DNA of 64,000 nucleotides from an uncultured Bacilli bacterium. GTDB lineage: Bacteria > Bacillota_I > Bacilli_A > RF39 > UBA660. The stretch spans positions 3,588 to 67,587 of the forward strand of contig CANQYB010000003.1 of the NCBI GenBank assembly GCA_947627975.1, given 5' to 3'. The translations under genes were made by a program, and so were the position numbers. Shown piece by piece: positions 11,296 to 21,118 of the stretch (position 1 is its first letter; each line of letters begins with the position of its first letter). The notes below the pieces were generated by a model. The model ran no database searches and was not told the DNA's origin. It saw nothing but the letters and a program-made list of their open reading frames with translations.

Positions 11296-11700
11296 TTACC
11301 ATTCTATGTCGCAGCCCTTAAATGTTAAGTTCTTTTTAAATTGACGTAAGGAAGTTTTTTTAACTTTTTGATTTTCAGCATAATATGGTTTTAAAGATTC
11401 ACTATCAATAAATAACATATCACTATATTCTGGATAAATTGATAATATTTTACCCTCATTATATGCTTTTAAGAAATTTTTATAAACTTTAAAAAGGTCT
11501 AAAATAGAGTTTATACTTTCTATATCAATATAATAATTCATACAATTATTTACATTTAATTTTATTAATATTGCTTTTTCTTTAACTAAATCTTCATCAT
11601 AATCAATATAAAAAGCATCATAATTACTTTCAAATGTATTATGTTCTTCATAATTTTTACATTTCATTATATTTCCTACAAAAAATTGATTAGTCTTCAT
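11296..11700 (-). CDS. hypothetical protein
   Basis: 134-aa ORF with no recognisable domain. Confidence 0.4.
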   Translation of the reverse strand: MKTNQFFVGNIMKCKNYEEHNTFESNYDAFYIDYDEDLVKEKAILIKLNVNNCMNYYIDIESINSILDLFKVYKNFLKAYNEGKILSIYPEYSDMLFIDSESLKPYYAENQKVKKTSLRQFKKNLTFKGCDIEW

Positions 11701-11761
11701 ATATTAATTCCTCCTTTTTACTTATTATAATTTATTTTTACTATAAGTCAAGAATTATTAA

Positions 11762-12388
11762 TTAGAATAATAAAGTAATTTTTTCAGCTTCTTTTTTTAT
11801 AATACCATCGTCAATCAAATTTTTTAATTCTCTCATCATAGCACTTCTATCAATACTTAAATAATCAGCCAGATCTGTATAAGTAAATGGTAAATAAAAA
11901 CTTTTTTTTAATTTTCTTGATGTCATTATTTGAAAATAGGATAATAATTTTTCTCTAATAGTTCTTTTAGTTAAAACTTCAATTCGATTGTTCATAACTA
12001 AAATTTTATCTGTATAAACAGAAAATAAAGCCTCAATAACCTTTTTATATTTAATGTCTTTTTGATAACATTTTAATATATCTTCATAATTAAAAATTAA
12101 AACTTCACACTTTTTTTTAGCTTCGACAAATAGTTCATTATTTGTATAAATAGTATTAAATACATCTCCAAAAAGATCTTTATCAAAGTATTTTTCTATA
12201 ATAGCTTTATTACCATTTATATCATACCTAATTAAATCAGCTTCTCCCTCTGTTAATAAAATATATTGTTGTCTTTTAGCAATATATGTTGTAATAATTT
12301 CCCCTTTCTTAAATACCTTTTTTTTTACAAAATTCATATTATTTAAAGAATCTTCCAAATAATATAGATTATTTAATATATCATTCAT
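11762..12388 (-). CDS. Crp/Fnr-family transcriptional regulator
   Basis: cNMP-binding-like beta-roll followed by a C-terminal Crp-type HTH (TYTDLADYLSIDRSAMMRELKNL). Confidence 0.75.
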   Translation of the reverse strand: MNDILNNLYYLEDSLNNMNFVKKKVFKKGEIITTYIAKRQQYILLTEGEADLIRYDINGNKAIIEKYFDKDLFGDVFNTIYTNNELFVEAKKKCEVLIFNYEDILKCYQKDIKYKKVIEALFSVYTDKILVMNNRIEVLTKRTIREKLLSYFQIMTSRKLKKSFYLPFTYTDLADYLSIDRSAMMRELKNLIDDGIIKKEAEKITLLF

Positions 12389-12426
12389 AATAAATTACCT
12401 CTACTATAATAATAGTAATATATTTA

Positions 12427-12442
12427 TGTTGCAATTGCAACA
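12427..12442. promoter_or_regulatory. 16-bp perfect palindrome TGTTGCAATTGCAACA (candidate operator)
   Basis: Lies in the divergent intergenic region between the Crp/Fnr-family gene and the NrdD-like gene. Confidence 0.4.
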
Positions 12443-12492
12443 ATATTATGATACTTTTTATGTTAATATTTAACTAGAATTAAGGTGTATTT

Positions 12493-14310
12493 ATGAAAGT
12501 TATAAAAAGAGATGGAAGAGCAGTTGATTTTGATAAGAAAAAAATCGAAATTGCTATTGAAAAAGCAAATAAAGAAGTAAAAAATGAAGAACAAGCAAAG
12601 AAAAAAGATATAAATAAAATAGTAAAATCAATTGAAAATATAGACAAAAAAAGAATATTAGTTGAAGATATTCAAGATATTATTGAAGAAAAATTAATGG
12701 AACTAGGAAAGTTTAATCTTGCCAAAAAATATATAGTATACAGATATACAAGAGCCTTAGTTCGTAAACAAAACACTACTGATGAATCAATTTTAGGTAT
12801 TATTAAAAACCAAGGAAATATTAATTCATCTAATAATAGTAACTATATGTTAGCAAAATTTCAAAGAAATTTAATAGCTGGTGAAGTTTCAAAAGATTTA
12901 ACTAAAAGAATGCTTTTACCAGAAAAAATCATTAAAGCAATTGATAATGGTATAATATATTTTCATAATGCAGATTACTTTCTTCAGCCAATGATAGTAT
13001 CAAGTTTTATAAACATTAAAGATATTTTAGAAAATAATATAAAAATAAATAATCAAGAAGTTGAATGTCCAAAAGACTTTTTAGATGCTTGTACTAAAAC
13101 AGTAGAAATATTAGCTAATTTAGCATCTTGTCAAATAGGTGAATTAAATATAGATTTAAGGTATTTAGCCTATTATTTAAAAATTAGCAAGGAGAAAATA
13201 AAAAAAAGATTTAATAAATTAAATATAGAAAAAAATCTAAAAAATGACATAATTAATATCATTTTAGATAATGAAGTAGAAAATGGAATTAAATATTTAT
13301 TTAATATTAATATTGCAAATACAGTTAATGGCTTGTTTCCTAATGTTTCATTTATTTTATACGTAGACAATGATAAAGAAAATGTAAAAATAATTGAAAA
13401 AATTATTGATTTTAAAAAAAGATATAATTATAAATATCCACAATTAATTTATGTTTTAAATGAATTTAATTTAAATAATAATAATTTTGAGCATTTAACT
13501 AAAGAAGTTCTCAAAATTAAAAATATAAATTTACTATCTGAAAAAGTATCTTTTGACTATTATAAATATTTAAATTTGCCACTAGGTAATAGATGTTTTT
13601 TAAAATCTTTAAAAAATAAAGATGGTGGAAAATTTAATCAAGGGATTGTAAGTATTAATTTAGTTCAAATCGGTTTAGCAGTTAAAAATGATAGAAAAAA
13701 ACTATACGAAGAAATTGATAAAAGAATGGAACTATGTTTTGAAAGTTTAATGTGCTACTATTATTCATTAACTAATACTATTTCAAATATCTCACCCTTA
13801 CATTATATATATGGCGGAATATCAAAACTTGAAAATAATGAATATATTAATAAACTTTTAAAAAAAGATTATTCTTCACTTTATTTAAATTATGTTGGTC
13901 TCCAAGAAATGATTAATATAATTGTCGATGAAAATACAAAAGAAAATGAAAAATTAGAATTATCTTTAAATATAGTAAGTTACCTAAAAAATATTTTAAA
14001 AAAATGGCAAGAAGAAACAGGAATCCAATTTAATTTATATGAAGATGAAAGCCAAAAAGCAAATGAATATTTTTATGAAATTGATAAAGAAATATATCCA
14101 GCAAAATTAAAAAAAATTAGTTTATATAGTACTACTTTCAAAAAAAGTTTTAAAACAATTAAAGAACAACTAGAATACGAAAAATTATTTTCTAAAATTC
14201 ATAAAGGAAATACTACCAGTCATTTAAATTTAGATAATTTAAACGAAGATGAAAAAAAAGAAATAATTGATTATATTTATAAAAATATTTTGTATGCACA
14301 AATTAATTAA
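12493..14310 (+). CDS. ATP-cone protein, NrdD-like (anaerobic ribonucleotide reductase-like), apparently lacking the glycyl-radical C-terminus
   Basis: N-terminal ATP cone (VIKRDGRAVDFDKKKIEIAIEKA...YIVYRYTRALV) and an NrdD-like segment (LLPEKIIKAIDNGIIYFHNADYF). At 605 aa it is short, and no C-terminal RxxGY or CxxC motifs are visible. Confidence 0.5.
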   Translation: MKVIKRDGRAVDFDKKKIEIAIEKANKEVKNEEQAKKKDINKIVKSIENIDKKRILVEDIQDIIEEKLMELGKFNLAKKYIVYRYTRALVRKQNTTDESILGIIKNQGNINSSNNSNYMLAKFQRNLIAGEVSKDLTKRMLLPEKIIKAIDNGIIYFHNADYFLQPMIVSSFINIKDILENNIKINNQEVECPKDFLDACTKTVEILANLASCQIGELNIDLRYLAYYLKISKEKIKKRFNKLNIEKNLKNDIINIILDNEVENGIKYLFNINIANTVNGLFPNVSFILYVDNDKENVKIIEKIIDFKKRYNYKYPQLIYVLNEFNLNNNNFEHLTKEVLKIKNINLLSEKVSFDYYKYLNLPLGNRCFLKSLKNKDGGKFNQGIVSINLVQIGLAVKNDRKKLYEEIDKRMELCFESLMCYYYSLTNTISNISPLHYIYGGISKLENNEYINKLLKKDYSSLYLNYVGLQEMINIIVDENTKENEKLELSLNIVSYLKNILKKWQEETGIQFNLYEDESQKANEYFYEIDKEIYPAKLKKISLYSTTFKKSFKTIKEQLEYEKLFSKIHKGNTTSHLNLDNLNEDEKKEIIDYIYKNILYAQIN

Positions 14311-14345
14311 TATGATAAAATATAAATAGAAGGGTTAAGGTAAAA

Positions 14346-14792
14346 ATGAAAACAGAAATAATTAATATTAAAAAATTAAGTGAAAGTGCAATTATTCCTA
14401 CATATGGAACAGAATATTCTGCTGGAGCAGATTTATACGCTGATATAAAAGAAAATATAACTATTAAAGCTCATGAAACTGTATTAGTAAAAACAGGTTT
14501 AGCTTTAGAAATTCCTATTGGATTTGCAGGTTTAATTTATGCAAGAAGTGGTCTTGCATCTAAAAAAGGTTTAGCTCCAGCTAACAAAGTTGGAGTAATT
14601 GATGCTGATTATCGAGGTGAAATTATGGTTGCTTTACATAATCATACAAATGAAGATAAAATAATTGAACCTCAAGAAAGAATTGCTCAATTAGTTATTA
14701 CACCTTTTTTAAAAGCCGATTTTAAGGAAGTTGATAATCTTTCCACTACCATTCGTGGTGAAGGTGGTTTTGGATCTACTGGACAAAAATAA
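14346..14792 (+). CDS. dut: dUTP diphosphatase
   Basis: AGADLY, ARSGLA and DADYRGE dUTPase motifs. Confidence 0.9.
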   Translation: MKTEIINIKKLSESAIIPTYGTEYSAGADLYADIKENITIKAHETVLVKTGLALEIPIGFAGLIYARSGLASKKGLAPANKVGVIDADYRGEIMVALHNHTNEDKIIEPQERIAQLVITPFLKADFKEVDNLSTTIRGEGGFGSTGQK

Positions 14793-14818
14793 AAACTAGT
14801 TTAAACTAGTTTATTTTT
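14792..14818. terminator. bidirectional terminator hairpin
   Basis: AAACTAGTTT-AAACTAGTTT palindrome followed by TTTTT; sits between the dut stop codon and the tRNA-Glu 3' end. Confidence 0.5.
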
Positions 14819-14822
14819 AATT

Positions 14823-14899
14823 TGGTGACCTGTACGGGTTTCGAACCCGTGAATATCGCCTTGAGAGGGCGACGTGTTAAACCACTTCACCAACAGGCC
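14823..14899 (-). tRNA. tRNA-Glu (anticodon CTC)
   Basis: The reverse complement reads GGCCTGTTGGTGAAGTGGTTTAACACGTCGCCCTCTCAAGGCGATATTCACGGGTTCGAAACCCGTACAGGTCACCA. It is near-identical to Bacillus tRNA-Glu but has a CTCTCAA anticodon loop. Confidence 0.85.
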
Positions 14900-14971
14900 A
14901 AATAACAAATTTATTTTAACATAAAAGAAAATTTTTAACAATTAAATTACTTAAAAAAATTCTAATAAAAT

Positions 14972-16609
14972 TTATTTATTAGAATTTTTTTTATAAAATT
15001 TTTCAACTCTATTTAAAATATTATCTTTTTTTAGTAATTTCATTAAATAATATATATTTGGACTATTCAAAGATGTGGTTATTATAACTCTTAAAACTTC
15101 ACAAAAATCAGCAACAGTTCCTATTTTAGTTGAATCATTAGCTAAAACTTTTTTATTTTTAGCAAAATTATTTATAAAAGCATATTCTTTTAATTTTTCA
15201 AACCATATTTCTTCAGAATCGTTTTCATCATAAATATTATTTATGTAATTTAAAACAATATTTTTATCGCAAATAAAAGATTTTTCATAATTGTTTTTTT
15301 GATTAAATAAATCATCAAACATGAACCAAAAATTTTTTAATATATCTGAAAGAGATGAAATATCTTTTCTAGGTCTTTCAATGTTTCTTTCGATATTTAA
15401 AATAGAAATTAAATAATCTTTATTATCTTTTACTCTCTCAAAATTTATTTGATCATATTCTTTAGTGTATTCATATAGCATATCATAAATAGTTTCAGCT
15501 TTTAATGTTGCAAAATAATCCAAAGAAATTGATTTTAATTTTTCTATATCAAATAATGTTCCACCAATGGGCATATTATTAAAAGATAATTTAAAATCAT
15601 TATAATTTTTATTCTCTTTATACCACTCTTCAAAATTTGTATTTGAAAGTGTAGTTAAATAAATTTTAATTACATCATTTGGTATTCCTAATTTCTTGTA
15701 ATAGCTTACCTTACATTCTGGATCTTTTCTTTTAGATAGTTTTCTTACTGTTTCATTTTCTTTTTTTGTTAATGGAGATAAATGCCCATAAATAGGAATT
15801 TCAAAATTAAATAATTTAAATAATTGTAAATGAATTGGTAAACTAGAAAGCCATTCATCGCCCCTTAAAATATGTGTAGAATGCATTAGGTGATCATCTA
15901 TAACATGAGCTAAATGATAAGTTGGTAAATTATCATTTTTTAAAAGTACTATATTTAAATCATTTTCAGTAATATTAACTTCGCCTTTTATCGCATCATT
16001 ATATTTAAATTTATTTAAATAATTGCCTGGAGATTTAAGTCTAATACAATAATCTTTTTTATTATTTAATTTTTTTAATATTTCGGATTCACTTAATTGA
16101 AGACATGGATCAACATTTTTATAATATCCAATTCTTTCTTTATTAGCAATTTGTTTTTTTCTAATTTCATTTACCTTATCTTCATTGCAAAAACAAATAT
16201 AAGCTAAATTTTTTTCATATAAGTGTTTTACATAAGATTTGTATATTTCTTTTCTTTCACTTTGAATATATGGCCCATATTTACCACCAATTGTCTGTCC
16301 TTCATCAAAAGTGATATCAAATTTTTTTAAATCATTTATGATTAAATTTATAGAATTATCAACTAATCTTTTTTGATCGGTATCTTCAATTCTTAAATAA
16401 AATATTCCCTTGCTTTGTTTGGCAATTAATGATGACACATATGCAGTATAAAGACTACCTATGTGAATAAACCCAGTGGGACTTGGAGCAAATCGAGTTA
16501 CTATCTGATTTTCTTTTAAATTTCTTTTAGGATATTTATTTTCCCAATAAGATATATCTTTTACATTTTTAAATAATATATTTAAAATATTTGTATTCAT
16601 AAAAATCAC
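14972..16609 (-). CDS. gltX: glutamyl-tRNA synthetase (class I, GluRS/GlnRS fold)
   Basis: HIGH motif (TRFAPSPTGFIHIGS) and KMSKS motif (KLSKRK). At 545 aa it has an N-terminal extension, so the true start may be an internal Met. Confidence 0.8.
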   Translation of the reverse strand: MIFMNTNILNILFKNVKDISYWENKYPKRNLKENQIVTRFAPSPTGFIHIGSLYTAYVSSLIAKQSKGIFYLRIEDTDQKRLVDNSINLIINDLKKFDITFDEGQTIGGKYGPYIQSERKEIYKSYVKHLYEKNLAYICFCNEDKVNEIRKKQIANKERIGYYKNVDPCLQLSESEILKKLNNKKDYCIRLKSPGNYLNKFKYNDAIKGEVNITENDLNIVLLKNDNLPTYHLAHVIDDHLMHSTHILRGDEWLSSLPIHLQLFKLFNFEIPIYGHLSPLTKKENETVRKLSKRKDPECKVSYYKKLGIPNDVIKIYLTTLSNTNFEEWYKENKNYNDFKLSFNNMPIGGTLFDIEKLKSISLDYFATLKAETIYDMLYEYTKEYDQINFERVKDNKDYLISILNIERNIERPRKDISSLSDILKNFWFMFDDLFNQKNNYEKSFICDKNIVLNYINNIYDENDSEEIWFEKLKEYAFINNFAKNKKVLANDSTKIGTVADFCEVLRVIITTSLNSPNIYYLMKLLKKDNILNRVEKFYKKNSNK

Positions 16610-16655
16610 CTTATATAAAAAACTTTAACAACTTTAAAGTTTAAGTAATAAATTT

Positions 16656-16731
16656 TGGTTGTCCAGGCAGGATTCGAACCTGCGAAATGTCGGGGTCAGA
16701 GCCCGATGCCTTACCACTTGGCGACTGGACA
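16656..16731 (-). tRNA. tRNA-Gln (anticodon CTG)
   Basis: The reverse complement reads TGTCCAGTCGCCAAGTGGTAAGGCATCGGGCTCTGACCCCGACATTTCGCAGGTTCGAATCCTGCCTGGACAACCA. It has the U1-A72 pair and 3-bp D-stem typical of tRNA-Gln. Confidence 0.85.
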
Positions 16732-17261
16732 GTTTTTATATTTAAAGTATATCATTTTTTTATTTTTTTTACAAAATATTTGTCAATTAAGATTTTAATT
16801 ATTTAAACTGAATATTTATTATTTTTTATTTACACAATGAAAAAATCCATTAACAAATTCTATGAACTGGTTATATAGATATTAAAAACAAACTAGTATG
16901 CGAATTTACCCTCTAAGGTAAAGGCTGTGAAAATTTTTTCCTTTGTATAGTCTTGTAGTTTTTTTAATAGTCTTTTTTAGCAAATATTATTTTTGATGTT
17001 CCTATAATTGACAACAAAGCATTATTTTGGTTTTGATAATTATTTTGTATATATATCAATAATTTTTTCAAAATATTCAATTCTTATTTTTTCAATATAT
17101 GTTGAACCTATTAAATGTTTTAAATCATTTTATCAAAAATAACATGTAAATCTATATCTGAATGTTTATTATAACCAGTTAAAAAAATTCCATAAAAATA
17201 AATGTCCAGTATTTCCGTTTTTATTTTATGCAAGTTTCCTTGACAAATACATATTAACATT

Positions 17262-17285
17262 AAAACGACTTTTACAAGTCGTTTT
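17262..17285 (-). terminator. hairpin downstream of tRNA-Arg (possible terminator)
   Basis: AAAACGACTT-TTAC-AAGTCGTTTT perfect 10-bp stem; the downstream U-tract is weak. Confidence 0.35.
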
Positions 17286-17323
17286 ACTAAATTTACTCGA
17301 AAAGTCCGAGTTTGATATCAATC

Positions 17324-17400
17324 TGGTGCACCCAAAGGGAGTCGAACCCCTAACCTTTTGGTCCGTAGCCAAACGCTCTATCCAATTGAGCTATGGGTGC
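17324..17400 (-). tRNA. tRNA-Arg (anticodon ACG)
   Basis: The reverse complement reads GCACCCATAGCTCAATTGGATAGAGCGTTTGGCTACGGACCAAAAGGTTAGGGGTTCGACTCCCTTTGGGTGCACCA, with anticodon loop CTACGGA. Confidence 0.85.
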
Positions 17401-17517
17401 AGCAATTTAATTATTTAAATGCATATTTATTATATATTTTTTTTATTATTTTTGCAACTATTTTAAAATATAATTAAGGTTTTTTATTAAAAAAATCACT
17501 TTTAAAAATAAAAGTGA

Positions 17518-17862
17518 TTATATCTTATTTTTTAATTTTTCAATAATTTTATCAATATTTTGACCATATTCAATTGAATTGTCATAAATAAACTTTAATT
17601 TTGGAGTATGTCTAATTTCAATTGAATCAGATAAAATTTTTCTAATATAAGATGCTGATTCAGCCATTTCTTTTTCATCTTTTTCATGTTCATTATCATA
17701 AATAGTTGTAAAATATATTTTTGCATAAGATAAATCATTTGAAATTGATGCTGATGTTATAGTAACACCTTTTAAATATGAATCTGCAGCTTCATTTATA
17801 ATTATATTACTAATTTCTCTTACAAGCATTGATTCTATTTTTTTTTGTTTTATCTTATTCAT
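17518..17862 (-). CDS. rbfA: ribosome-binding factor A
   Basis: 114 aa with the RbfA pattern (VTITSASISNDLSYAKIYFT...IRHTPKLKFIYDNSIE). Confidence 0.8.
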   Translation of the reverse strand: MNKIKQKKIESMLVREISNIIINEAADSYLKGVTITSASISNDLSYAKIYFTTIYDNEHEKDEKEMAESASYIRKILSDSIEIRHTPKLKFIYDNSIEYGQNIDKIIEKLKNKI

Positions 17863-17901
17863 ATAATCACCTAACTAAATTATAACATAAACATTTATTT
17901 T

Positions 17902-19884
17902 TTAATAGTATCCTGCATTATTTAATAATTCAGAAATTTCTTTACTTATTGATTTATTTATATAAGCCATATAATCAGTTTTACCATTTTTATGTGATAC
18001 ATGAGGAGACATAATAACCATACTAACTGATGGATTATCATAAGGAAGATATGCTACTAAAGAAGAAGAAATTGTTTCAACATCTACTTTACCATCATTA
18101 TTAGTATCAATAAAACTTTGAGCTGTTCCAGTTTTCCCTGCCGGCTTATAATTTATGTTAATATATCCTCGCCCAGTACCAATCTTAAATACTTGTTTTA
18201 ATCCATTTTTTACTCTTTCTTGATATTTTGGATCTAGAGAAATATTATTTAATACTTTAGAATCATTTTTTAATATAATATTGCCATTTTTATCTTTTAT
18301 TTCTTTCATTATAGATAACTTTGTTCTTTTAGAGGTTGCCAAAGTATTGACATATTGTAATAGCTCAACTGGTGTATATGTGTCATATTGCCCTATAGCT
18401 AAATTAAGTAATAAATCTCCACTTACAGTATTACCTTTTATTCCAGTAACTTCATTAGGAATATCTATACCTGTTTTAATTCCTAAACCATAACTTGATA
18501 AAGTTTCTCTATATATATTAAAATTTTCTATTGTTGGATTTAATTTCATATTATATTTATATTTATTTCCAGTCAAAGAAATAGCTATTAAATATTGAAA
18601 ATAGTTAGAAGACATTGCAAGTGCTCTTATATCATTTATTCTTCCTAATTTTTTAAAAGAACACTTTTTAGGATTTGAATATAATTTTATACAACTGTCT
18701 GTAACATAAGTTTTTTCGTTTATTAAATTGTTATTATAACCAACTGCTATAGTAGCACCCTTTACTACAGAACCAACTGTATATGACGATGTAAATGTAC
18801 CTGTTGATAAATTTACAAACTGTGGTTCTGTTTTATTATTGGCAAGAATTTGTTCGCCTGATAATGCATATATTTCTCCAGTATTAGGATTACCTATTAC
18901 GGCATAAGAATGATTATAGTATTCTGTATTTACTTTTTTTTTGCCCATAATTATTTGTTTTTTTAATATTTCATCTATTTGTTTTTGTAAATTTATGTCA
19001 ATTGACAAATATAAGTCATTACCTGGAATTTCTTCTTTAATTTTTGTAAGAGTATTATCTTTATTAACTAAATATTTTGCCTTTGTTCCTCTTAAATATT
19101 TTTCATATTCCTTTTCTAAGTAACTTATACCAACTCTGTCAGTCAATTTATATCCTTTTTTTAAATAATATTTTTTTAATTCTTTAGGAATACCATTTGT
19201 AGATACAGAGCCAAATAAAGATCTCAAGGTATCTTGTTGGGGATATGTTCTTTCCCAAGTTATTTCGCCTTTTACCCCAGTAATTTTGCCTTCAGATACT
19301 TTAGCATAAACTTCTTCACTAACATTTGACGCAATTAATTTTTCCTCATATGAATAACCTTTATTCATTAAATAATAAATATATGCTGCTTTTTTATCTA
19401 TTTCACTAAATTTATTTAGATCACTTTTTGTAATTCTTTTTAATTTTAAATTATTAATTTCATCACTAGTTAATTTTCTTTCTTTATATTTTTGCCATTC
19501 TTCTGGTGTTATTTTTTTATCTACGTAACTTTGATTATTTAATATAAAAAATTTTTTTATAATATTATCACTAATTTTATTTTTTATTTCAATTAAGTCG
19601 GCAAGTTTATATGCGATATTTATTTCCTCTTCTTTTTTTACTCCTCTTATTTTAGTATATACAACTGATTTAACCGCTTTATTATCAACTAAGACTACTC
19701 CATTCCTATCTAATATTCTACCCCTAAGTGGAGTTGGTCCTTCAATAACAATTTTTGTTTTTTGTTCTAGACGTTTTTTATAGTATTCATTTTTTAAAAT
19801 TATAAGATTATAAATTCTAAATATAATTATTAAAAATAAAATTATTATAATTAATATTATAAATCCTATTCTTTTTTTAGACAT
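17902..19884 (-). CDS. penicillin-binding protein 2-type transpeptidase
   Basis: N-terminal TM helix, PBP dimerisation domain and transpeptidase domain (STxK, SxN and KTGT motifs). Confidence 0.85.
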   Translation of the reverse strand: MSKKRIGFIILIIIILFLIIIFRIYNLIILKNEYYKKRLEQKTKIVIEGPTPLRGRILDRNGVVLVDNKAVKSVVYTKIRGVKKEEEINIAYKLADLIEIKNKISDNIIKKFFILNNQSYVDKKITPEEWQKYKERKLTSDEINNLKLKRITKSDLNKFSEIDKKAAYIYYLMNKGYSYEEKLIASNVSEEVYAKVSEGKITGVKGEITWERTYPQQDTLRSLFGSVSTNGIPKELKKYYLKKGYKLTDRVGISYLEKEYEKYLRGTKAKYLVNKDNTLTKIKEEIPGNDLYLSIDINLQKQIDEILKKQIIMGKKKVNTEYYNHSYAVIGNPNTGEIYALSGEQILANNKTEPQFVNLSTGTFTSSYTVGSVVKGATIAVGYNNNLINEKTYVTDSCIKLYSNPKKCSFKKLGRINDIRALAMSSNYFQYLIAISLTGNKYKYNMKLNPTIENFNIYRETLSSYGLGIKTGIDIPNEVTGIKGNTVSGDLLLNLAIGQYDTYTPVELLQYVNTLATSKRTKLSIMKEIKDKNGNIILKNDSKVLNNISLDPKYQERVKNGLKQVFKIGTGRGYININYKPAGKTGTAQSFIDTNNDGKVDVETISSSLVAYLPYDNPSVSMVIMSPHVSHKNGKTDYMAYINKSISKEISELLNNAGYY

Positions 19885-19958
19885 AAGTTATTTCACCATT
19901 ATTAGTATGGAAAATATTATAATTTGTAAACATAAAATAATTAAAGAAAGGAGTAATT

Positions 19959-20219
19959 ATGAATTTTTTAATAAAAAACTATGTAAATAATTTAACTAAG
20001 GAGCAAATAGATATTTTTGCCAAACAAAATAATGTTTTTTTAAGTCCTAATGAATTAGATTTTACTTATAAATTTGTAAAAAAAAATTACTCAATTATAT
20101 TGAGTAATTATAAAAATTTTGATTTTTCAAAATATAAAAATTATTATTCTCAAGAAAATTATATAAAAATTCAAAATTTATTAAATATGTACGCTCAAAA
20201 ATATAGTCAATTTTTATAA
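19959..20219 (+). CDS. hypothetical small protein
   Basis: 86-aa ORF with a ribosome-binding site (AAAGGAG); its 3' end overlaps the convergent nfo gene by 13 bp. Confidence 0.4.
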   Translation: MNFLIKNYVNNLTKEQIDIFAKQNNVFLSPNELDFTYKFVKKNYSIILSNYKNFDFSKYKNYYSQENYIKIQNLLNMYAQKYSQFL

Positions 20220-21118
20220 AAATCTCTAACTTTATCAAGTAAGTTACTATCATATTTTTTATTTTTTATCATTTCAATTTCAAATTTATAAGGTGGATAT
20301 AATCGTTCTTTATCCAAATTTGTCTTTCCAATGTATGGAGTTTCTAAAATTTTAGGAATATTTTCTAATTTTTTATGGTATATAACATTTAATAAATTTT
20401 CAAATCCAATTGTTCCCAAACCAATATTTTCATGACGATCTTTATGAGAAGCAATGATATTTTTACTATCATTTATATGAATACAATAAATTTTATCAAT
20501 ACCAATTTTTTGATCAAATTCTTTTAAATAATCATCGAAATGACTAATTTCAATCCCACTATCATTAAGATGACATGTATCTAGACAAATACCAATATTA
20601 TTTTTTTCTTTTATGTTATCTAAAATATATTTAAGTTCATCTAAAGTACTTCCACACTCATTTCCTTTTCCAGCCATAGTTTCCAATAATATTTTTACTG
20701 AAGAATTTTTATTTAATATAATATTTAATCCATCTATTATATTATCTAAACCTTCTTTTTTTGTGATTTTAACAGCACTACCAGGATGTAAAACTAATTT
20801 TGTTATTCCTAAATTTTCACAACGACTTAATTCATTTTTTATAAAATCAATACTAAAGTTCCATTTAGATAAATCATTTTTATTAGCAAGATTTACTATA
20901 TATGGAGCATGACATATAATATTTTTTAAATCTATATTATTTTCTTTCATTAATTTTAATGCTTCTAAAGAAAGATTATCATTAATAGGTTTTCTAACTG
21001 TATTTTGAGGGGCTCCAGTATAAAACATAAAAGTATTAGCATTATAACTTAGAGCTTCTTTAACAGAACCTAAAAGTTGTTCTTGATTAAAATGTACATG
21101 ACTTCCTAATATTAACAT
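20207..21118 (-). CDS. nfo: endonuclease IV (AP endonuclease family 2)
   Basis: 303 aa; xylose-isomerase-like TIM barrel with His/Asp metal-binding residues (HAPYIVNLA, CLDTCH). Confidence 0.85.
   Translation of the reverse strand: MLILGSHVHFNQEQLLGSVKEALSYNANTFMFYTGAPQNTVRKPINDNLSLEALKLMKENNIDLKNIICHAPYIVNLANKNDLSKWNFSIDFIKNELSRCENLGITKLVLHPGSAVKITKKEGLDNIIDGLNIILNKNSSVKILLETMAGKGNECGSTLDELKYILDNIKEKNNIGICLDTCHLNDSGIEISHFDDYLKEFDQKIGIDKIYCIHINDSKNIIASHKDRHENIGLGTIGFENLLNVIYHKKLENIPKILETPYIGKTNLDKERLYPPYKFEIEMIKNKKYDSNLLDKVRDFYKN

Noticed and set aside
16733-17323. Possible rRNA fragment or additional tRNA in the gap between tRNA-Gln and tRNA-Arg
   Set aside because: No cloverleaf could be folded by eye, and there are no conserved rRNA blocks such as GTGCCAGC or ACCTCCTT.
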